A stretch of 17,728 nucleotides of DNA from Promethearchaeia archaeon (lineage in GTDB: Archaea > Asgardarchaeota > Lokiarchaeia > Sigyniarchaeales > SOKP01). Each line of letters opens with the position of its first letter. Positions within the stretch are counted from its first letter, which is position 1. The stretch spans positions 1 through 17,728 of the forward strand of contig JAWOCD010000032.1 in NCBI GenBank assembly GCA_046483985.1, in the 5' to 3' direction. Positions 14,137-17,728 of the stretch are shown piece by piece. The position numbers and the translations under genes are program-made. Under the pieces are notes generated by a model. The model did not search any database, had not been told where the DNA came from, and saw nothing but the letters and a program-made list of their open reading frames with translations.

Positions 14137-16269
14137 TTATAAGTATTTATTTTTGAATTCTTGTAATCTCTTTGAAACGTCTTCCAGAAAATTTCCCATT
14201 ATCACTTTATTACCTTTTCCTCGTAACTCTCGAGCAAATGCCAGTAATTTATGTAATACTGGTCCCGGTGGGAGTACATCCCTTCCATTTTCAATAAAAT
14301 CTGCTAATTGTTTAGTATTAATAGCGGAGTTTAATTTATTGAAGAGATTATTAAACCAATCGTTTACTTTTGCCGCCTTTTTATTTTCCAATTTGGAAAC
14401 TGAAGCCCCTTGAAGTTGTTCTGACGGTGTACTGGCAGAAACTTCTTTTCCGGGTTTCCCTTCGCTTCTCCCCTTCACCATAACTTTTGGTTCATATCGA
14501 GGATAATTTCCTTCTCCTGCACAAGAATATTTAATATTGAGTGAATTATTTCCCTTTAATTCGGGTATCCTAACTGTTAGAACAGAGTGGTCGGTCTCTT
14601 GAATTACATCATAGGTTATTCCTTCAGGCGGAGTATATTCGCTTAAGCTAAATCCCGAAGGAATTTTATCTTTCACAAGGATATTTTCGAGTTCCACATC
14701 GCCTTTGTTTCGTACCCTAATTGAAATATCAAACTCACCTTCGTTAAGTCCAGGTCTAATACTCTTTAGGGTTTTAAACTTTCTTTTCACATACTTTGTT
14801 TTAATTTCCAGCTCTTCGGAGGGTGTTTTGTCAAAAAAGTTGCCGGATGCTTCCGAATTAATTTTTATCTTTACTGGAGTTTTATATTTCTCCTCTGGTT
14901 TCGGATTCTTAGCTAATAATGGATATTTTACCCGAAATTTTGTATTTGGAACTAACTTATCTGACAAATCTTTCACCTTTAACGTAATTTCATGAGTATT
15001 ATTGGGGTCTTGATCTTCTGGAGAAATTCCCATCGTTTCTATGAATTCAGGCCTCTCTTGTAACTCCCATTTTTCCCCAGAGATTGTTTCTACCTCAATA
15101 ATAAAATCCTTTATTTCTGGGGGGATAAAATCTTTTGGAATTTTATCATAAAGTCGGACTTTATCTATAGAAGCGCTCCCATTATTTGTGATGGTATTAA
15201 TTATCTGCATATCTGTATTTGCGTAAGCCTTAACTTGAGGGGGTTGAATTGATTTATTAATCTCAGCACTTAAAACCGGATAAAAGGTCGGATCCTTAGT
15301 TATTTCCCCCTTTACTCTTGTAACTACTCCATTGAGAGGGGTAAAATCAATTCTTGAAACTAGTTCCGGGACGTCTTCGGAATCAACAGAAAAGTCAAAA
15401 ACCCAATCACCATTTGAATCAATTTTTTTGTTGGGGGTTTCAGAGACAACAGTTTCCTCTCCTGTGGCAATATTATGAGTTACCTTTGCTCTTTCAAGTA
15501 ATACTTGAAATTCTGACTCATTTATAAATTCAACTTCACAATCCCAAGAGCCGGGGGTCACACTTTCATTCCTTGAAATTCCACTTAGAGAATCGGTGAG
15601 ACCAACCACCTCGGGATCGATTAAGGATAATTGATGCTTATTGACTAAATAATCCATTTTAAGGGATCCCAGACTTTGTTTCTCTCGATCGGAGGGATAT
15701 GCTGCACAAAGCACTTCGAGCTCTGTAGTTTGTTCGGCAGGAAGGGAGTGAATTTCCCAAATTAACGTTCTATTACCATCTATTGTTTCCATTTTCGCAT
15801 CTCCCACGTTAGAAGATTTAATTTCAATATTCTGAAATATTTCGGGGATTTCTCTTGAAAGATTAATATTTAATATAGGAACCGATAATTTATTTGTTAA
15901 ACTTAATTTAATCTTGCACTTGTTTTCTGAATCTGCTATAAAAGTATTATTTACCCTATCTGATACATCTCTGGTGGTATCTACAACTTCAATGACCTTT
16001 AATGATGGCTTTTTCAAGTTTTGGATATCGTAATCTTTAGAAAATTCTTCTCCGGGATTGATTATGCCAATATCAAATGTCTTTTCTAAATTTGTATTCA
16101 CTGTTTCTTTAAGGTTACATTTAAGGTTCCAGAGTCGGCTCTGTTGAGAAGTATTTTGAATTTTTAATTCTCCAGCGGCTTTTAAGTCTTTAATATTATG
16201 AAAATCGTCCAATTGGGTGGATTCATATTCAGTAATGTCGATAACGATTAATTTATTTTTTTCACTCAA
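14137..16269 (-). CDS. Large cytoplasmic multi-Ig/DUF11-like beta-sandwich protein with a C-terminal helical bundle (possible mu-homology and Vps28-CTD-like domains)
   Basis: 710 aa, TTG start, no signal peptide or TM. Three DUF11-like motifs (LTNKLSVPILNINLSREIP; ITNNGSASIDKVRLYDKIP; VRNKGDVELENILVKDKIPSGF), an S/G/K/P linker at about aa 598-628, and an amphipathic helical tail at aa 630-710. The CDS is certain; domain identities are by-eye inference. Confidence 0.7.
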   Translation of the reverse strand: MSEKNKLIVIDITEYESTQLDDFHNIKDLKAAGELKIQNTSQQSRLWNLKCNLKETVNTNLEKTFDIGIINPGEEFSKDYDIQNLKKPSLKVIEVVDTTRDVSDRVNNTFIADSENKCKIKLSLTNKLSVPILNINLSREIPEIFQNIEIKSSNVGDAKMETIDGNRTLIWEIHSLPAEQTTELEVLCAAYPSDREKQSLGSLKMDYLVNKHQLSLIDPEVVGLTDSLSGISRNESVTPGSWDCEVEFINESEFQVLLERAKVTHNIATGEETVVSETPNKKIDSNGDWVFDFSVDSEDVPELVSRIDFTPLNGVVTRVKGEITKDPTFYPVLSAEINKSIQPPQVKAYANTDMQIINTITNNGSASIDKVRLYDKIPKDFIPPEIKDFIIEVETISGEKWELQERPEFIETMGISPEDQDPNNTHEITLKVKDLSDKLVPNTKFRVKYPLLAKNPKPEEKYKTPVKIKINSEASGNFFDKTPSEELEIKTKYVKRKFKTLKSIRPGLNEGEFDISIRVRNKGDVELENILVKDKIPSGFSLSEYTPPEGITYDVIQETDHSVLTVRIPELKGNNSLNIKYSCAGEGNYPRYEPKVMVKGRSEGKPGKEVSASTPSEQLQGASVSKLENKKAAKVNDWFNNLFNKLNSAINTKQLADFIENGRDVLPPGPVLHKLLAFARELRGKGNKVIMGNFLEDVSKRLQEFKNKYL

Positions 16270-16447
16270 TTTTTGTATACACTTTTTTATATGCTATAAT
16301 ATATTCTTAATTTTATATTTCTATTCAAAAAATAACTGTTATTTAAATCTTTTTAGATATAAAACATTATAATAATAATTAGAATTACGTTCTATTTTTA
16401 AATTTCTAAAGTTTGTCAACTTATTAGAATTTGGTTTATTCGAATAA

Positions 16448-17272
16448 ATGAAAAATAATTATTTCTGGAAAATTGTAGAAAAATTCAATAGATTAATGTC
16501 TAAATGTGTAAAAGGTCCTGACTGTACAGATCAGTCAATATGTCACGGAGATTGTTGTTCCATAAAGATTGATGTCCCTAAAGTTTTAGCACGAGAATAT
16601 ATAAAGGAGGGATATGCGACTAAATCAGACTTCATTCGCTCAAATATCTTTTCATTTCATCTGAGATTTGATGAAAAGACGGGAAAATGTTTTTTATTCG
16701 ACAAGAAGATTAACGGATGTTCCGTACACAAATCGGGAATTAAACCTCCGCAGTGTTGGATATATCCCACAAACTTTTCAAATCCAAAAGGAAAAAGGAT
16801 AAGCTGTAAAAGCGCATTGGGTTGGAAAATTATTGACCAAGAAAAGGCAAATAAGGCAGAAAGATTATTGGAGAAATACGTATTTTTATGTAAATTAGAA
16901 GCAAGAACGTCACGTAAGAACCTATTAAAGCGCTTAAGAAAAAATAAAAAGGAGTTAATCAGGAAATTAAAAGAGAGCCCTCCCTCAAAATTAGGGGGGC
17001 TCAGAGACGGGTGGGACCATTTTGAACCCTTATCGGCCCAAGGGATTAGTCTCCAATTAAAAACGTTCTGTAAGAGCCGTCATAAGAATTGTCATTATCT
17101 CGAAGATGCGGGATTTTTAAATTGTCCTGGTATTTGTGAGGAGATTGCAACCGAACTATTCCAATTCGTCGAGCACCACATTGATGATTATGTAGAAGCT
17201 GAAGGTATTCCAGTAAATGGTCATTATCCCTTTATTCATATTTTCAATTTTGTCCGAGAAAAAAATACTTAA
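16448..17272 (+). CDS. YkgJ/CxxCxxCC-type cysteine-cluster (Zn or Fe-S binding) protein with C-terminal extension
   Basis: CTDQSICHGDCC .. CFLFD..GCSVH..KPPQCWIYP matches CxxCC..CxFL..CxIH..P..C..YP. A second Cys group follows: FCKSRHKNC..FLNCPGIC. Confidence 0.75.
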   Translation: MKNNYFWKIVEKFNRLMSKCVKGPDCTDQSICHGDCCSIKIDVPKVLAREYIKEGYATKSDFIRSNIFSFHLRFDEKTGKCFLFDKKINGCSVHKSGIKPPQCWIYPTNFSNPKGKRISCKSALGWKIIDQEKANKAERLLEKYVFLCKLEARTSRKNLLKRLRKNKKELIRKLKESPPSKLGGLRDGWDHFEPLSAQGISLQLKTFCKSRHKNCHYLEDAGFLNCPGICEEIATELFQFVEHHIDDYVEAEGIPVNGHYPFIHIFNFVREKNT

Positions 17273-17459
17273 ACATTATAAGATTTTTTGTCGGCGATTG
17301 AAAACTCGAAAATTCGCTCTTTTTAATAAATTATACCGATATCACGTAGATATTATAAGGTTCTATTAAGGAATTTTTCTGAATTATATATAGATAATAT
17401 TTAAATAATACTTAGAGAATATTCTTTATAAAGAAAAATAGAAAAGGATTGTGGATAAC

Positions 17460-17728
17460 ATGTCTTTAACAGATAAAAGTTTGAAAGAATTAACAAAAAT
17501 GGTATTTAAACGAAAGTACGATTTTTATGAGAAACCACAGGAGTTTCGAGGAAAATCGGGAAAAAAGTGGACATTTGATGCTCTAATTAATACAAATAAT
17601 TCCGAGCAATTTGGAGTATTTATCCGAGATTGGAAGCGAGAGATTTCCATAACCCAGATGCGACAATTAAGAAAAGCGTGTGTAGATGTCCCAGAAATAA
17701 AAGGAGGGATCATGGTATGTAATATCAC
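17460..17728 (+). CDS. Mrr-like restriction-endonuclease-fold protein (partial, runs off the right edge)
   Basis: Open frame from ATG 17460 (in-frame GTG at 17451): MSLTDKSLKELTKMVFKRKYDFYEKPQEFRGKSGKKWTFDALINTNNSEQFGVFIRDWKREISITQMRQLRKACVDVPEIKGGIMVCNI. The G.SG....FD..DW.R.I..GIMV layout is typical of archaeal Mrr_cat-like domains. Not in the ORF track. Confidence 0.7.
   Translation, partial: MSLTDKSLKELTKMVFKRKYDFYEKPQEFRGKSGKKWTFDALINTNNSEQFGVFIRDWKREISITQMRQLRKACVDVPEIKGGIMVCNI

Noticed and set aside
10789-14995. Short ORFs 10789..10974, 13177..13404, 14153..14413 and 14705..14995
   Set aside because: Antisense shadows of longer ORFs.
17525-17728. Minus-strand 67-aa ORF
   Set aside because: The + strand frame from 17460 has recognisable Mrr-like motifs; this ORF is its shadow.
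1-17728. rRNA, tRNA, CRISPR array or intact omega-RNA
   Set aside because: No GC-rich structured RNA segments, no repeat-spacer arrays and no tnpB 3' end were seen.

Overview
AT-rich archaeal genomic window. The gene content (tetrahydromethanopterin-biosynthesis genes, PurM-like2, LarE, an orphan receiver protein, TATA-box promoters) is most consistent with an Asgard/Lokiarchaeia-like chromosome; this is inference, not a database result. In order it holds: a broken secreted-type ORF at the left edge; a TspO/MBR-like membrane protein; a DUF447-mptD-mptG methanopterin cluster; a Feo iron-uptake locus (feoB, two Cys-bearing feoA paralogues with matching promoter boxes, and a receiver gene between them); PurM-like2; larE; an orphan ORF; three same-orientation IS200/IS605 remnants (frameshifted tnpA, two tnpB fragments missed by the ORF track, three left-end hairpins) around an ICMT-family gene and DUF1015; a 710-aa cytoplasmic multi-beta-sandwich protein; a YkgJ-type Cys-cluster protein; and a partial Mrr-like PD-(D/E)xK-fold ORF at the right edge. 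By eye, the 710-aa protein resembles an adaptin mu-homology domain at its N-terminus and a Vps28-CTD-like helical bundle at its C-terminus. It is the most interesting candidate but needs structural confirmation.
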